The notes: generated by a model not told the origin, from the letters alone. A stretch of 64,000 nucleotides of DNA from Candidatus Bathyarchaeota archaeon (GCA_963715865.1 OY970280.1:1856001-1920000), one strand, 5' to 3'. Shown: positions 37,866-47,944, numbered from the stretch's first letter. Program-made: numbers and translations.

Positions 37866-39755
37866 TCAACCGTGGAACTGAGGTCTCTTGGAAATGTAGA
37901 GCGGCAATGGCAAGGGCTTGAAGGGTTTGCCAGCGATTTTCTCAGTAACTTTGGCTATTAATTGGTCAGCTGTCATGTTTTGCTGTTGACTTTTAAGCTC
38001 GCGGTCTCGGACAGACAGGGTTCCTGATTCAATTTCTTTTTCGCCAACAACGATGATGTAGGGTACCCATTCCTGCTCGGCTTCCCGAATTTTTTTCGGC
38101 AGAGTTGATGCATTATCGTCAATGTCTACGCGGATGCAATGCGAAGCGATTTGCTTAGCAAGCTCTTCCGCCTTGTCCATAAACTTATCAGATATTGGAA
38201 TAAGCCGCACTTGAGTTGGCGAAAGCCAAAGCGGAAGCATCGGCGCTTTACCAGCCATCTGTTCACGATAAGCCTTCTCAAGTAGCGCGTAGATGTCTCG
38301 CTCAATGGCGCCGCTTGGGGAACAGTGCAGAATTAGCGGGTACTGTTTCTCGCCTTTTTCGTCAACGTAGGTTATTTCATAGCGTTTAGCGTTTTCAACA
38401 TCGATTTGGTCTGTGCTGAGGGCTGCGGCTTTGTCTTGGTTGTCAACGAAGTTGATGTCCCATTTGAGGATAAAATAGAAGAATCGCTCGTTCCACACTT
38501 CAGCCAGCATGGGTTTGCCGAAAATTTTCGCCAATTCAGCAATGAAATCTTTATGTTCGTCGTAAAAGCCCTTTGTGAAGCGCAGGGCAATTTCATAATC
38601 GTCTTTTGTGAACCCTATGTTGCTTAAGACTTCCATGCAGATGTTAAAGCGTGTCAAGAACTCTTTTCTCGCCTGCTCTAAATCTGTGCAGAAAGCATGG
38701 CAATCAGGCATAGTGAAGGCACGTAGGCGTTTTAAGCCGACGACTTCGCCGCTCTTTTCACGCCTGAAGCTATATCGTGTTAACTCGTACAGCTTGATGG
38801 GCATTTGTTTGTAGCTGAACTGGGCGTCATGAGCCATAAGGAACTGGCCGAAGCACGCTGCGAACCGCAGGAAAAGCTCCTTGTCTTCGGATTTCAAGAC
38901 GTATTGACGGGCTGGAAATCGGTTTAAGTAACTTTTCAAGCTTGGATGATTAAAGTCATACATGATTGGGGTTTCAACTTCCATGGCGCCGTACGCATTC
39001 ATCCGACTTGTAACGTACTGTTCAAGCAACGATTTTATCATGCGACCTTTCGGATACCAGCGGATGTTACCTGGATCGCTGCCTGCTTCATAGTCTGCGA
39101 TTTCCAGCCTCTTCATCAATGTGACATGGGGTGGCATCTGGGTAACTGCCCTAGCTTTCTTAATCTCATATTGAGAAAACTTTTGCAGGTTAACATGTCC
39201 TTTAAATTTGAATTCTTCAACTGGCACTAACGAGCCATCAGTTAGGATAATTTGCCAGAACGATTGTAGCTTATCTTCAGCTTTTAACGCTGCAGAAACA
39301 AGCTCTTCTTCTTCTTTTCCTTCGCCCACAGCCTTCGCTTCTTGTATCGGCGCGTAAGAGCGTGCCTGCTCAGCCAGCGGATGTCCTTTAATGGAGATGG
39401 TGAATTGTTTGTTCCAGCCGAAGGGTGCACGGTAGGTTTCGATTCCTTTCTCTTTTGCGCAGGCTTCCATGTCTTTAATAACTTTCAAGGCTTCGCTGGG
39501 TTTTGACAGATTGCTGCTCAAATGAGCGAACGGATAAATTAGAATGCGGTTAACTTTGAGTTTTCCAAGAAAAGCTCTAACGTCATCGATGGCTTTCTGC
39601 GCCATTGCAGTGTTGTCGCCTTCTTCGATGGCGGTGAATAATACTACGACTTCTTCTATGCGGTTTTCTTTTTGTTCCGCTTCCTCAGCAATAGCAATTT
39701 CTTTTTGGACTGGTTTGAATACTATAAAGTTAGAGTGTAACTGTAATATTCGCAT
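37866..39755 (-). CDS. thrS: Threonyl-tRNA synthetase (archaeal type with N-terminal editing domain)
   Basis: MRILQLHS, YPFAHLS, RAPFGW.K.F, FAACFG, LHCSPSG.IER. Confidence 0.96.
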   Translation of the reverse strand: MRILQLHSNFIVFKPVQKEIAIAEEAEQKENRIEEVVVLFTAIEEGDNTAMAQKAIDDVRAFLGKLKVNRILIYPFAHLSSNLSKPSEALKVIKDMEACAKEKGIETYRAPFGWNKQFTISIKGHPLAEQARSYAPIQEAKAVGEGKEEEELVSAALKAEDKLQSFWQIILTDGSLVPVEEFKFKGHVNLQKFSQYEIKKARAVTQMPPHVTLMKRLEIADYEAGSDPGNIRWYPKGRMIKSLLEQYVTSRMNAYGAMEVETPIMYDFNHPSLKSYLNRFPARQYVLKSEDKELFLRFAACFGQFLMAHDAQFSYKQMPIKLYELTRYSFRREKSGEVVGLKRLRAFTMPDCHAFCTDLEQARKEFLTRFNICMEVLSNIGFTKDDYEIALRFTKGFYDEHKDFIAELAKIFGKPMLAEVWNERFFYFILKWDINFVDNQDKAAALSTDQIDVENAKRYEITYVDEKGEKQYPLILHCSPSGAIERDIYALLEKAYREQMAGKAPMLPLWLSPTQVRLIPISDKFMDKAEELAKQIASHCIRVDIDDNASTLPKKIREAEQEWVPYIIVVGEKEIESGTLSVRDRELKSQQQNMTADQLIAKVTEKIAGKPFKPLPLPLYISKRPQFHG

Positions 39756-39770
39756 GGCATTTCACTCATC

Positions 39771-39980
39771 TTAGTGACCGTAACGCCACTTATCAAGTGT
39801 TTTATCTTTTTTCGTTCTCTTTTTAAATTCTTTATAATGCTCTTTGCAAATGTAAGCGCGTTTTTCGCCACTGCCAACATTTAAGCCAGCAGCCCGGGCT
39901 TTTTCAGCTGATATTGAACGAGCAGCTTCCCTTCCGCAGCCTGATACGCTGCATTTTACTCCTTTGTCTATGCGTCCCAC
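39771..39980 (-). CDS. Small Cys/His zinc-binding protein
   Basis: CSVSGC...ICKEH, 69 aa, directly upstream of thrS. Confidence 0.75.
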   Translation of the reverse strand: MGRIDKGVKCSVSGCGREAARSISAEKARAAGLNVGSGEKRAYICKEHYKEFKKRTKKDKTLDKWRYGH

Positions 39981-40022
39981 AGTCTACGCCCCATGCACAT
40001 TAGTTTACTACGTACATATACG

Positions 40023-40946
40023 CTATTGCTTAAGTTCCTTTTCATACAAAGAATTGGCTCTCCGATAAATTTCTTCTTTTTTTCCAAAATAAGTGGGGCC
40101 AATTCCTTCGACAACCAGCGAAGCTGCAGCTGAACCGACGCAAGCGCACCATATTGATTCTTTTTGGCGCAGGTACTCGGTTAAGAAGCCGCCTATGAAA
40201 ACGTCTCCTGCACCTGTTGGGTCAACTAGGACCTGTGAAGGGCACGCTGCAATGTTGTATTGTGCTCCCTCGACTGAGAGTACTGAGCCTTTAGCGCCCA
40301 TGGTAACGATGACGGTTTCAACTCCAAAATCGTGAATAGCTTTTATGGCTGGTTTAAGCTCAGTCTGGCCAGTTAACGCGTAAATTTCGTTTAATGAGGA
40401 CTTGTAAATGTTAATTAAATTAAATATTCGTTTATCAACCGAAGCGTTTTCTGTTACGTTTCCTGCTTCGTCGAAGCTTCGAAGTAAACCCTGAGGGTCA
40501 AGCGACAGTATATCAGCACAGTGCTTGAGTTTTTCAACTACTTCGTATGAGACTTCGTTGGCAATAGGCGCAATATGAATAGCCTTAGCCCGCAAATCAG
40601 CTGGCACGTCGGCTAAGTTTATTGGGGCTCCTTTACTTTTCAATTTCAGGGTTCTATCAGCTAAATCTATGCTGTAGCTCAGCTCAAAACATGTGGTCTG
40701 CTCATCTGCAAGTTTAATTACGCCTGAGAGGTCAATGCCTTCTTGCCCCAGCCACCACAGGTAAGCTTCTGGAAAATTCCCACCCACTTTGGAGATTACA
40801 GAAGCCGTTGCTTCCAAACGTTTAGCGGCAAATGCCGCATAGGTTACAGCGCCGCCTAAAACAACAAATGGGGCAGTTCTGCTGGGCAGTAGAATTGTGT
40901 CGATTGAGAAGTGACCAATAACTGCTACATCTACGTTTTGAAGCAC
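40023..40946 (-). CDS. PfkB/ribokinase family kinase (likely GTG start at 40946)
   Basis: GG..YAA, DPQG, VTMGAKG, DPTGAGDVF. Confidence 0.9.
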   Translation of the reverse strand: MLQNVDVAVIGHFSIDTILLPSRTAPFVVLGGAVTYAAFAAKRLEATASVISKVGGNFPEAYLWWLGQEGIDLSGVIKLADEQTTCFELSYSIDLADRTLKLKSKGAPINLADVPADLRAKAIHIAPIANEVSYEVVEKLKHCADILSLDPQGLLRSFDEAGNVTENASVDKRIFNLINIYKSSLNEIYALTGQTELKPAIKAIHDFGVETVIVTMGAKGSVLSVEGAQYNIAACPSQVLVDPTGAGDVFIGGFLTEYLRQKESIWCACVGSAAASLVVEGIGPTYFGKKEEIYRRANSLYEKELKQ

Positions 40947-41008
40947 TACCCAAGCCCCATCATGATTAATATTGACATTGACATCGATATATAAATAACC
41001 ATTAGGAA

Positions 41009-41374
41009 TTAGGATTGAAGCAACAGTATAGCTTTCGCCAAATCCCCTTGGCATTCCTCAAGGGCTTCTTTTGCTTTCTCTAAACTTTTGCCAGTTTGAT
41101 CCGCCACCAGCCTCACGTCTTCTTCAGAAAACACTGGCTGAGCACCTTTAGCGGCTTGGCGTTGAGATGGGGCTTGCTCTGAAACCTGACCGCCAATAAC
41201 TTGGTACATTTTTTGCCCTTGTACTTCTAAAATTGCCACTTCTGGCTCATCGATAACTATGTCTTTGCCGCTTGTTTTAATTATGACTTGTTGAACGTCT
41301 GGTACAGTATTCATGTTCATGCCCATACGTTGCATCAAACGTTTTTGCTCTCGAGGATTCATGCGTCTATGCAT
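41009..41374 (-). CDS. nac: Nascent polypeptide-associated complex protein
   Basis: MNPREQKRLMQRMG, NAC domain, UBA-like tail GDLAKAI. Confidence 0.93.
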   Translation of the reverse strand: MHRRMNPREQKRLMQRMGMNMNTVPDVQQVIIKTSGKDIVIDEPEVAILEVQGQKMYQVIGGQVSEQAPSQRQAAKGAQPVFSEEDVRLVADQTGKSLEKAKEALEECQGDLAKAILLLQS

Positions 41375-41679
41375 TGATTTTCACTTCCACGAAGTATTCT
41401 GCAGTAGAACTTGATATACTTAACTTTTCCAAGGTGTTCTTTTTGATTTTAGTTTAAACGAATTAGTAAAAACTCTTCCCTAACCAGCTAAAGTTAAAAA
41501 TTATATTCATTTAGCACAACTAAGCGGTTAGCAAATTGGCGGAGTCATTCTCTGGGATGTATACCCAAGTGTTAGTTTGTGGAGAAAAGGCTATACACTG
41601 CAATTCAGTTCTTCCAAAGATGGTTTCGCTGATTTGTCTCCTTCGTAGGTGCTTGTGAGTTTTGGATGAAACATTTCAT

Positions 41680-41823
41680 TTATTTGCAACTTAACAAGAT
41701 TGTGGCAGGCATGATTATTTCAATCGTTTCAGCGTCGGTTTTTTTCGTTTGTTTTTTTCTTTGCTGCAAAAGTTCTTCAAAATCTCGAGTTTGGTAATTT
41801 AGTAAAGTGCACATGATTGTCAT
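41680..41823 (-). CDS. Possible 47-aa small ORF
   Basis: MTIMCTLLNYQTRDFEELLQQRKKQTKKTDAETIEIIMPATILLSCK; no clear SD. Confidence 0.35.
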   Translation of the reverse strand: MTIMCTLLNYQTRDFEELLQQRKKQTKKTDAETIEIIMPATILLSCK

Positions 41824-41869
41824 TTTGAAGCTTCATCTTATTAGGATTTATGAATTATTAGTCCACAAC

Positions 41870-41936
41870 AAAAGAGGGATTTTGGGGGTTGACATCTCCA
41901 CTTTGGTGAGGGTGCAAATCAACCCCCGGCTTTCCA
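41870..41936. repeat. Copy B of the ~60-nt element; strong hairpin
   Basis: GGGGGTTGA(41884-41892)/TCAACCCCC(41919-41927) stem with inner CTCCAC/GTGAG. Confidence 0.7.
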
Positions 41937-41999
41937 ATTTATTTTTCATTGGATTCCTGAAAAATTTAAACTGAAATCAAAACGAATACCTTGACAAAC

Positions 42000-42467
42000 T
42001 TAACTTTCCTTGCAGCCGTGCCGTACCTTAACAGCTACGCCTGTTTTAAAAGCAGTCATCTCCACGCTTGAAAGCAATGCACGCCCAACCGCTAAAACAT
42101 GCTTATCCTCATCTAAAACGATTACTTCATCTTTAGCGCCAACTTCAGCATCAACCTTGACCACGTGAACGGCAAAAACGTCCCCGCCATCAGCAATGAA
42201 CTCAGAAACATCATTACGCACTGTAACAAAGCATTGGGCAAAAGCCAAGTTTTCAGCCATAAACTTTGCCGCTTTAATGCTTAAAGAAAGCAAGCCGTCA
42301 GTTGGACGCAGAGTAGCTAATCTTTCGCCTTTCAAGTTAATGAAGCGAATTCTGCCTGTTCTTGAAGAATATTGAATTTCAACGTTTTCTGGAAATAGCT
42401 TTGTGCCTACGCCTTTTCCAAACTGGTAATCAGCAATACTTCTCACTTTGCCAAGTGCGTTCTCCAC
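42000..42467 (-). CDS. PUA-domain protein
   Basis: ADYQFG, GGDVFA..V, G.AVKVRHG; resembles the archaeosine TGT C-terminal/PUA module. Confidence 0.88.
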   Translation of the reverse strand: MENALGKVRSIADYQFGKGVGTKLFPENVEIQYSSRTGRIRFINLKGERLATLRPTDGLLSLSIKAAKFMAENLAFAQCFVTVRNDVSEFIADGGDVFAVHVVKVDAEVGAKDEVIVLDEDKHVLAVGRALLSSVEMTAFKTGVAVKVRHGCKES

Positions 42468-42552
42468 ATTTTCACCATCGATTGGTTTTTTGTTGTTTCG
42501 ACAAGTATAAACATAACAAGATAATAAAGACAGTGAAAGGGTGAAAGCTTAC

Positions 42553-43078
42553 TTGAGATGCGAAGTCTGCGGACACAAAATTCACACTGAACCAATAACG
42601 GCAGTAATTGAAGGAGCTAAACTAACGGTTTGCGTTGAATGCTCAAAACATGGCAAAATAATCCATGAAGAAGCAGCCCTTCCCCAACAAGCCCTCAAAA
42701 AACCGCAGGCGCCAATTACACTGGTTCAGAAAAAACCAATAGTGGCTAAAGTAGAAATTACTCAAGAGATCACAGAAGATTATGCAAATAAGATAAAGCT
42801 GGCACGGGAAAAACTAGCGCTTACACATGAGGAACTCGGCAAAAAAATAAATGAGAAAGCCTCGGTTTTAAGAAACCTTGAAGGTGGGAAAATGGCGCCA
42901 AATAACCAGCTTAGCCTCAAAGCTTGAGCACATGTTAAAAATCAAGTTGCTTGTTCCAATCTCTGAAGAAAAAATCACTCAAATTCCTCAGTCCGCCAGC
43001 CGAGAATTGACGTTGGGCGACCTCATGGAATTGAACAAGAAAGGCGGGGAGGAGCCTACAGAACGAAAGCCATCATAG
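42553..43078 (+). CDS. mbf1: Multiprotein bridging factor aMBF1, +1 frameshift at ~42910-42914
   Basis: RCEVCG...VC.EC zinc ribbon, HTH; the repaired frame reads NNQLASKLEHMLKIKL...LTLGD, 174 aa. Confidence 0.9.
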
Positions 43079-44334
43079 CGCAACGCAGGCTGAACCGTGA
43101 AAACTCAAGTTTAGATGAACTTAAAAGTTTAGCAGAATCCGCCGGATACACAGTTGTCGCCACATTAGAGCAAACTAGACCGCCTGATGCTCGCTACCAA
43201 ATAGGCGCTGGAAAAGTAGAAGAACTCGCCGAACTAGTCAAGGAAACCGGCGCAGAAAAAGTAATTTTTGACAACCAACTAAAAACACGCCAAACCTACA
43301 ATCTGGCAAAAGCAACACGAGTCGAAGTCATCGACAGGTTTCAGCTTATTCTTGAAATTTTCACTAAAAGAGCCACAACAACCGAAGCCCAAATGCAAAT
43401 CCAACTGGCCACACTGCAAAATGAGCTTAAGCATGCGAAAGAAAAAGTAAGATTAGCCAAAATGAGAGAGCAGCCTGGCTTTATGGGACTTGGATCTTAC
43501 GAAGCAGACGTTTACAAAGAAGCCATAAAACTACAAGTTCAAACAATCCTTAAAAAACTGAAAAAAATCCGCGAAAAAAGAATCCTGCACCGAGAAAGAA
43601 GAACGGAACTGGGTTTCCTTGCTATTTCACTTGCTGGATACACGAATGCTGGAAAAAGCTCCCTGTTTAACGCTTTAACCGAAGAAACCGTGCGAGTGGA
43701 TAAGTCATTATTTACTACTCTTTCAACGACCACGCGGATGGTGGAGTTTTCAAACCGCAAGTTTCTTTTAACAGACACCGTCGGCTTCATTGACCGATTG
43801 CCTTTATCGCTGATTGAAGCATTTCATTCAACCTTGGAAGAAACCATTTATTCAGACCTGATAATACTTGTTTTAGATTTAAGCGAGCCCATAGAAACAA
43901 TCGAGAAGAAAAACAACATCTGTCTGGAGACAATTGACCGCCTTGGAGCAGCAGGCATACCAACCATAACCGCACTAAACAAAATTGACTTAATCAGCGA
44001 AGCTGAAACTAAGCAGAAACTGAAAGCTCTAGAAGAGAAAACGCAAAATCCAATTCTCCTATCAGCAAAGTGCCAAACAAACCTCGACTTACTAAGACAG
44101 GAAATACTCAAAATTCTTGAAAATTACGTGCAAGCCCAGTTCTCTGTTCCGTTAACTAATAAGGCAATGCCATTTATCTCGTGGGTTCACGAAAAAACAG
44201 ACATCAGAAAAGAAAATTTCACCAACGATTCGGTTCAAGTAGTCTTTGAAGCTACCCCAGAATTAGCTGAGCAAGTGAGAAGAAAAGTGGAAGAATTAAA
44301 TGGCAAATTTGAAACCAACTCAAAAACAAAATGA
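43063..44334 (+). CDS. hflX: GTPase HflX; the first ~110 codons have no ATG/GTG/TTG start
   Basis: ELKSLAESAGY, YQIGAGKVEE, IDRFQLILEIF upstream of the track start 43393; GYTNAGKS, DTVGFI, NKID. Confidence 0.9.
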   Translation, partial: TKAIIAQRRLNRENSSLDELKSLAESAGYTVVATLEQTRPPDARYQIGAGKVEELAELVKETGAEKVIFDNQLKTRQTYNLAKATRVEVIDRFQLILEIFTKRATTTEAQMQIQLATLQNELKHAKEKVRLAKMREQPGFMGLGSYEADVYKEAIKLQVQTILKKLKKIREKRILHRERRTELGFLAISLAGYTNAGKSSLFNALTEETVRVDKSLFTTLSTTTRMVEFSNRKFLLTDTVGFIDRLPLSLIEAFHSTLEETIYSDLIILVLDLSEPIETIEKKNNICLETIDRLGAAGIPTITALNKIDLISEAETKQKLKALEEKTQNPILLSAKCQTNLDLLRQEILKILENYVQAQFSVPLTNKAMPFISWVHEKTDIRKENFTNDSVQVVFEATPELAEQVRRKVEELNGKFETNSKTK

Positions 44335-44890
44335 CACGCCTCAAATTGTTGTCTTAAGATGGGGGCATAGACCACAGCGGGACGTGCGATTAACTACCCA
44401 TGTCGCTTTAACTGCAAGGGCACTATGCGCTTCAGGCTTCATACTTTCAGACGTAGAAGACCCCAAAATAGAAGAAACCATAATGAAAGTCACCAAGAAT
44501 TGGGGTGGAACATTCTCTTTTGAAATGGGAACCTCATGGAAAAAGGCTGTTCGTGACTGGAAGGCTAAAGACGGCATTGTCACCCATTTAACGGCTTATG
44601 GAGAGAACATTCAAACAAGCGACGTTCTAAGCAGAATTAAAAAGCTGAATAAAGACGTTTTAGTTATTGTTGGAAGCCAGAAGGTTCCAGGCGAATTTTA
44701 TTCAAGCAATGTATCGGATTTTAACGTGTCTATTGGGAATCAACCCCATTCAGAATGTGCTGCGCTTGCAATATTTTTAGACAGATTTTTTGAAGGCAAA
44801 GAGTTAGCTAAAGGATTCGAAAAGGCGAAAATAGAGATTGTTCCCAGAGAAAGGGGAAAAGAAATCAAAAGTGATGTTGAATTTCCTTAA
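44300..44890 (+). CDS. trm56: tRNA (cytidine56-2'-O)-methyltransferase
   Basis: LRWGHRPQRD.R.TTHVALTARA, HLTAYG, GSQKVP, GNQPHSE. Confidence 0.93.
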   Translation: MANLKPTQKQNDTPQIVVLRWGHRPQRDVRLTTHVALTARALCASGFILSDVEDPKIEETIMKVTKNWGGTFSFEMGTSWKKAVRDWKAKDGIVTHLTAYGENIQTSDVLSRIKKLNKDVLVIVGSQKVPGEFYSSNVSDFNVSIGNQPHSECAALAIFLDRFFEGKELAKGFEKAKIEIVPRERGKEIKSDVEFP

Positions 44891-44953
44891 AACACGTAAG
44901 AAGAGTTTTATTACAGCTAGTTTCAATATTATATGTTAAAGGAACATTAGACT

Positions 44954-45466
44954 ATGTTATCGACTATTGATGATGCAACCTTAATGAAAGTGGCTTTGGC
45001 GTTAGGTGAAGAAGACGCGGTTAAACTTATTGAACACCTCAAAGGCGTAGAAGAAATAACGGACGATGAAATCGCGAACAAAACAGGCATTCGTCTTAAT
45101 TCAGTTCGCAAAATCCTCTACAAACTTTACGATCATTCACTTGTAAGCCTTAGAAGGACACGTGATCCAAAAACAGGCTGGTTTATTTTTCACTGGAGAC
45201 TTCAACCAGACCAGTTGGAAGGGTTTATTTTAAGCCAAAAACGCAGGGTTCTGGAGAAACTGAATGTTAGGTTGGAATATGAAAAGAACCATGACTTCTA
45301 TTACTGTGGTAGTCCAGAATGCAAGCGGGTTCCTTTTGAAGAGGCCGTTGAACTAGTTTTCCATTGTTCCACCTGTAGCAAACCCCTTGTGCATTTTGCA
45401 AACGAAAAAATGATAAGTAAACTCTCTGAAAAAGTTGATTTGTTAAGGAAGGAACTCGGTGAGTAA
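44954..45466 (+). CDS. tfe: Transcription factor E alpha
   Basis: wHTH (VRKILYKL, GWF.FHW) and C-x4-C...CxxC zinc ribbon. Confidence 0.93.
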   Translation: MLSTIDDATLMKVALALGEEDAVKLIEHLKGVEEITDDEIANKTGIRLNSVRKILYKLYDHSLVSLRRTRDPKTGWFIFHWRLQPDQLEGFILSQKRRVLEKLNVRLEYEKNHDFYYCGSPECKRVPFEEAVELVFHCSTCSKPLVHFANEKMISKLSEKVDLLRKELGE

Positions 45467-45983
45467 CAGGCTTCCTTCAAGGGAGCAAGCAATCGAACTT
45501 CTCCGCAAAAACAATTGCTCACCTAAAGTCATTAATCACTGTGAAGCGGTTGCAAAATTTGCTATGGAAACCGCAAGCAAACTTGAAAAGAAAGGCCTAA
45601 AAATAGACTTTAAACTCGTTGAAGTAGGCGCTCTTTTACATGACATTGGTCGTTCAAAAACTCACACTGTGGATCACGCGGTTATAGGTGCTAAGATAGC
45701 TGAATCAGCAGGTTTGCCAGAACCGGTTGTTAGGATAATTAAGAGGCATGTGGGCGGCGGAATTACATCTGAAGAAGCAGAGAAGTTTGGTTGGCCAAAA
45801 GATGTTTATGTGCCCCTCACTTTGGAAGAGAAAATTGTTTCATACGCCGACAAGGTAATTGAACAGTCAAAGAGAGTTCCGATTGACTTAGAGATTGAGC
45901 AGCTTCGAATGGAGCACAAAGATGATGCTGCAGAAAGAGTTAGAAAGCTTAATGAGGAAATAACCGGTCTATTGGGCAATTAA
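45459..45983 (+). CDS. HD-domain protein (TIGR00295-like)
   Basis: H.EAV, LLHDIGR, H.V.GA, RHVGGGI, EEKIV.YAD. Confidence 0.88.
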   Translation: MSNRLPSREQAIELLRKNNCSPKVINHCEAVAKFAMETASKLEKKGLKIDFKLVEVGALLHDIGRSKTHTVDHAVIGAKIAESAGLPEPVVRIIKRHVGGGITSEEAEKFGWPKDVYVPLTLEEKIVSYADKVIEQSKRVPIDLEIEQLRMEHKDDAAERVRKLNEEITGLLGN

Positions 45984-45985
45984 AC

Positions 45986-46768
45986 ATGACGACCTTAACA
46001 TTGCTCGTTAAAGCTTCCCATTCGGTTCAACTAAAACAAATAGATGATTTGTTAAAAGCTGAATTTGAAAATTTAGACTTAGACGTGAAGGTTTTAGGAA
46101 GCCCTGTTAACAGGTGGGTTCAAGTTTCCCTTTCAGGAGAAGACGAAGTCATAGCTACAAGCTATATCAACAAGAAAATAGGCGCTTGCCCCGTAAGCAT
46201 AAAAAACGTGAATCAGTTTTCGGTTTTAAAGGGATACATTTCCAAAGTTGACGATGCCAGACAAGAATTGAAGGTGGATGTTGGCGTTTTTGAGCCCAAG
46301 ACAATCCAAGCAACCATACCTTTAGCATATTTACAAGCTCAACTTGCGGATGGCAGAAAGGTTGCTTTGAAAAAAATCTCAGAAATCTACGGTTTACATG
46401 AGAATTTACCATTAAGCATAAAAGTAATTCGCCTAAACGGTGAGGAAGACGATGTGTTGCAAGCGGAATTATCAATGGAGCAAATCGAAAAAATCCATTT
46501 ATGGCAGCAGTCCCTTTTGGACAGGTTAATCATTTTAGGTTCGTCTCTTGGCGAGATAGAGACTGTGCTTGAACGGACTAGGCTAAACAGGGACGTTATT
46601 GGCACGGAGGCGTTAGGTATGTTTGAGCATGCTTTGACCTGTAAACTTGGTACAGATGCAACTGGTTTGATTCCGAAAATTGGCTGGTACATGAAGAATG
46701 CGGCTTTTATTGTTTTTAACCCTAAGAAAATCATTGGTTTTCTGGGTGAACAAGCATTAAACTTATAA
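45986..46768 (+). CDS. DUF2110-like conserved archaeal protein
   Basis: Position after tfe and HD gene; VD.G..., LGTDA.GLI..IG motifs. Confidence 0.7.
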   Translation: MTTLTLLVKASHSVQLKQIDDLLKAEFENLDLDVKVLGSPVNRWVQVSLSGEDEVIATSYINKKIGACPVSIKNVNQFSVLKGYISKVDDARQELKVDVGVFEPKTIQATIPLAYLQAQLADGRKVALKKISEIYGLHENLPLSIKVIRLNGEEDDVLQAELSMEQIEKIHLWQQSLLDRLIILGSSLGEIETVLERTRLNRDVIGTEALGMFEHALTCKLGTDATGLIPKIGWYMKNAAFIVFNPKKIIGFLGEQALNL

Positions 46769-46834
46769 TGGTGTACATTAATAGGTAAATAATCTATTAT
46801 CCAAATAAGACCAACAAGAGAGGGGAAGAAGTTC

Positions 46835-46996
46835 ATGAGCCAAGGTGAAGAAAAAGAGAGAAAAAAATACAGAATTGATATAGGAGCTTATGGCAGCATA
46901 GGTGTCGAGGCACCAACAAAGAAAGAGTGTTTGGAGCTATTCAATGAAGTCACTAGAACTAGACGTGACTCAAAGCTAGACGAAGCGATAAGATAA
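46835..46996 (+). CDS. 53-aa hypothetical protein (not in ORF track)
   Basis: MSQGEEKERKKYRIDIGAYGSIGVEAPTKKECLELFNEVTRTRRDSKLDEAIR; GAGGGG 9 nt upstream. Confidence 0.55.
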   Translation: MSQGEEKERKKYRIDIGAYGSIGVEAPTKKECLELFNEVTRTRRDSKLDEAIR

Positions 46997-47087
46997 CCTT
47001 AAGCACTAAATCAATCTGCTTAACCATACGCTTCTAAATTTACTTAGTCATATTAGAGACAAAATTCTAGCTTGCACATTTACAGTC

Positions 47088-47243
47088 TTAAAGTACATCG
47101 TGCTCTTCTTTGCAATGCCGCTCATAATCCTTCCTGTTATCGTATACTGCTTGATCCAGAGGGCACCTAAACTTGTTATCTTTAGTCATTTCAGGCTCTG
47201 GCACAGATATGTTCGATTCTCTTCTAGAACGCTTTTCTGACAA
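47088..47243 (-). CDS. 51-aa C2H2-like zinc-finger protein
   Basis: TTG start 7 nt after GGAGG; FRCPLDQAVYDNRKDYERHCKEEH. Confidence 0.7.
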   Translation of the reverse strand: MSEKRSRRESNISVPEPEMTKDNKFRCPLDQAVYDNRKDYERHCKEEHDVL

Positions 47244-47421
47244 AACATCGCCTCCAATCAAAAGCTGATCTTTAAAACAAGTACTTAGGGCATACAAAAT
47301 AATTATTAAGATTATGTGATTGCGTCCACCCCACAAATAGCAATTTATGGGCTCATAAAGCATCAAAGTAGCTTTTGTTTACATAAGAAAAGTCTCTCAT
47401 AAACATACGCTGATATAAAAG

Positions 47422-47832
47422 CTATTGAAATTTTTTCAGTGCATCTTCAAGCTGGCTAAAACTTTTCAAAATCACGTCGGAATGTGCTATAATCCAGGGG
47501 CTCAAGCACTCCATTTCCGAAACCACTATGACTTTCTTGCCTTTACGTTTGGCGTAAAACAGCTCCATACATGCTCCTGCCGAAAGTTTGGGCAAATAAA
47601 CAACCATAATGTCACATCTGTCAGCATCATTTAAATCCCTCTGAATAAAGTCAAACGTGGGAACTCTATTCCACCAGTATTCCTTGCCTCCTTTATAGAG
47701 GACTTTTTCTCTAAGCCACGGATCAATGACATCAAACCCTGTTCTAGCAAGGACGCCAGTGATTTTTTCTCGATACTCTTGGTTGTTTTCCATGCCCAGA
47801 ATGGGGCCTGATATGAACACTAGCTTTTTCAT
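47422..47832 (-). CDS. Nucleoside 2-deoxyribosyltransferase-like protein
   Basis: FISGP, DP, RDL....CD, SAGACME.FYA. Confidence 0.8.
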   Translation of the reverse strand: MKKLVFISGPILGMENNQEYREKITGVLARTGFDVIDPWLREKVLYKGGKEYWWNRVPTFDFIQRDLNDADRCDIMVVYLPKLSAGACMELFYAKRKGKKVIVVSEMECLSPWIIAHSDVILKSFSQLEDALKKFQ

Positions 47833-47944
47833 AGTTTAATCAAACCGTAAAATTATTGAAAGCCTTGAAGACTTAATATTCTTTCTTAAAAGCGCCTCAC
47901 AATCTTTCTTTTTTCATCCTTCAACTTAAAAAAAATGTTTGCAA

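Noticed and set aside
44336-44338. Possible third ACG start (ACG-CCT-CAA-ATT, 'MPQIVVLR') for trm56
   Set aside because: An in-frame ATG exists at 44300 and there is no SD before the ACG; cannot be distinguished without homolog alignment
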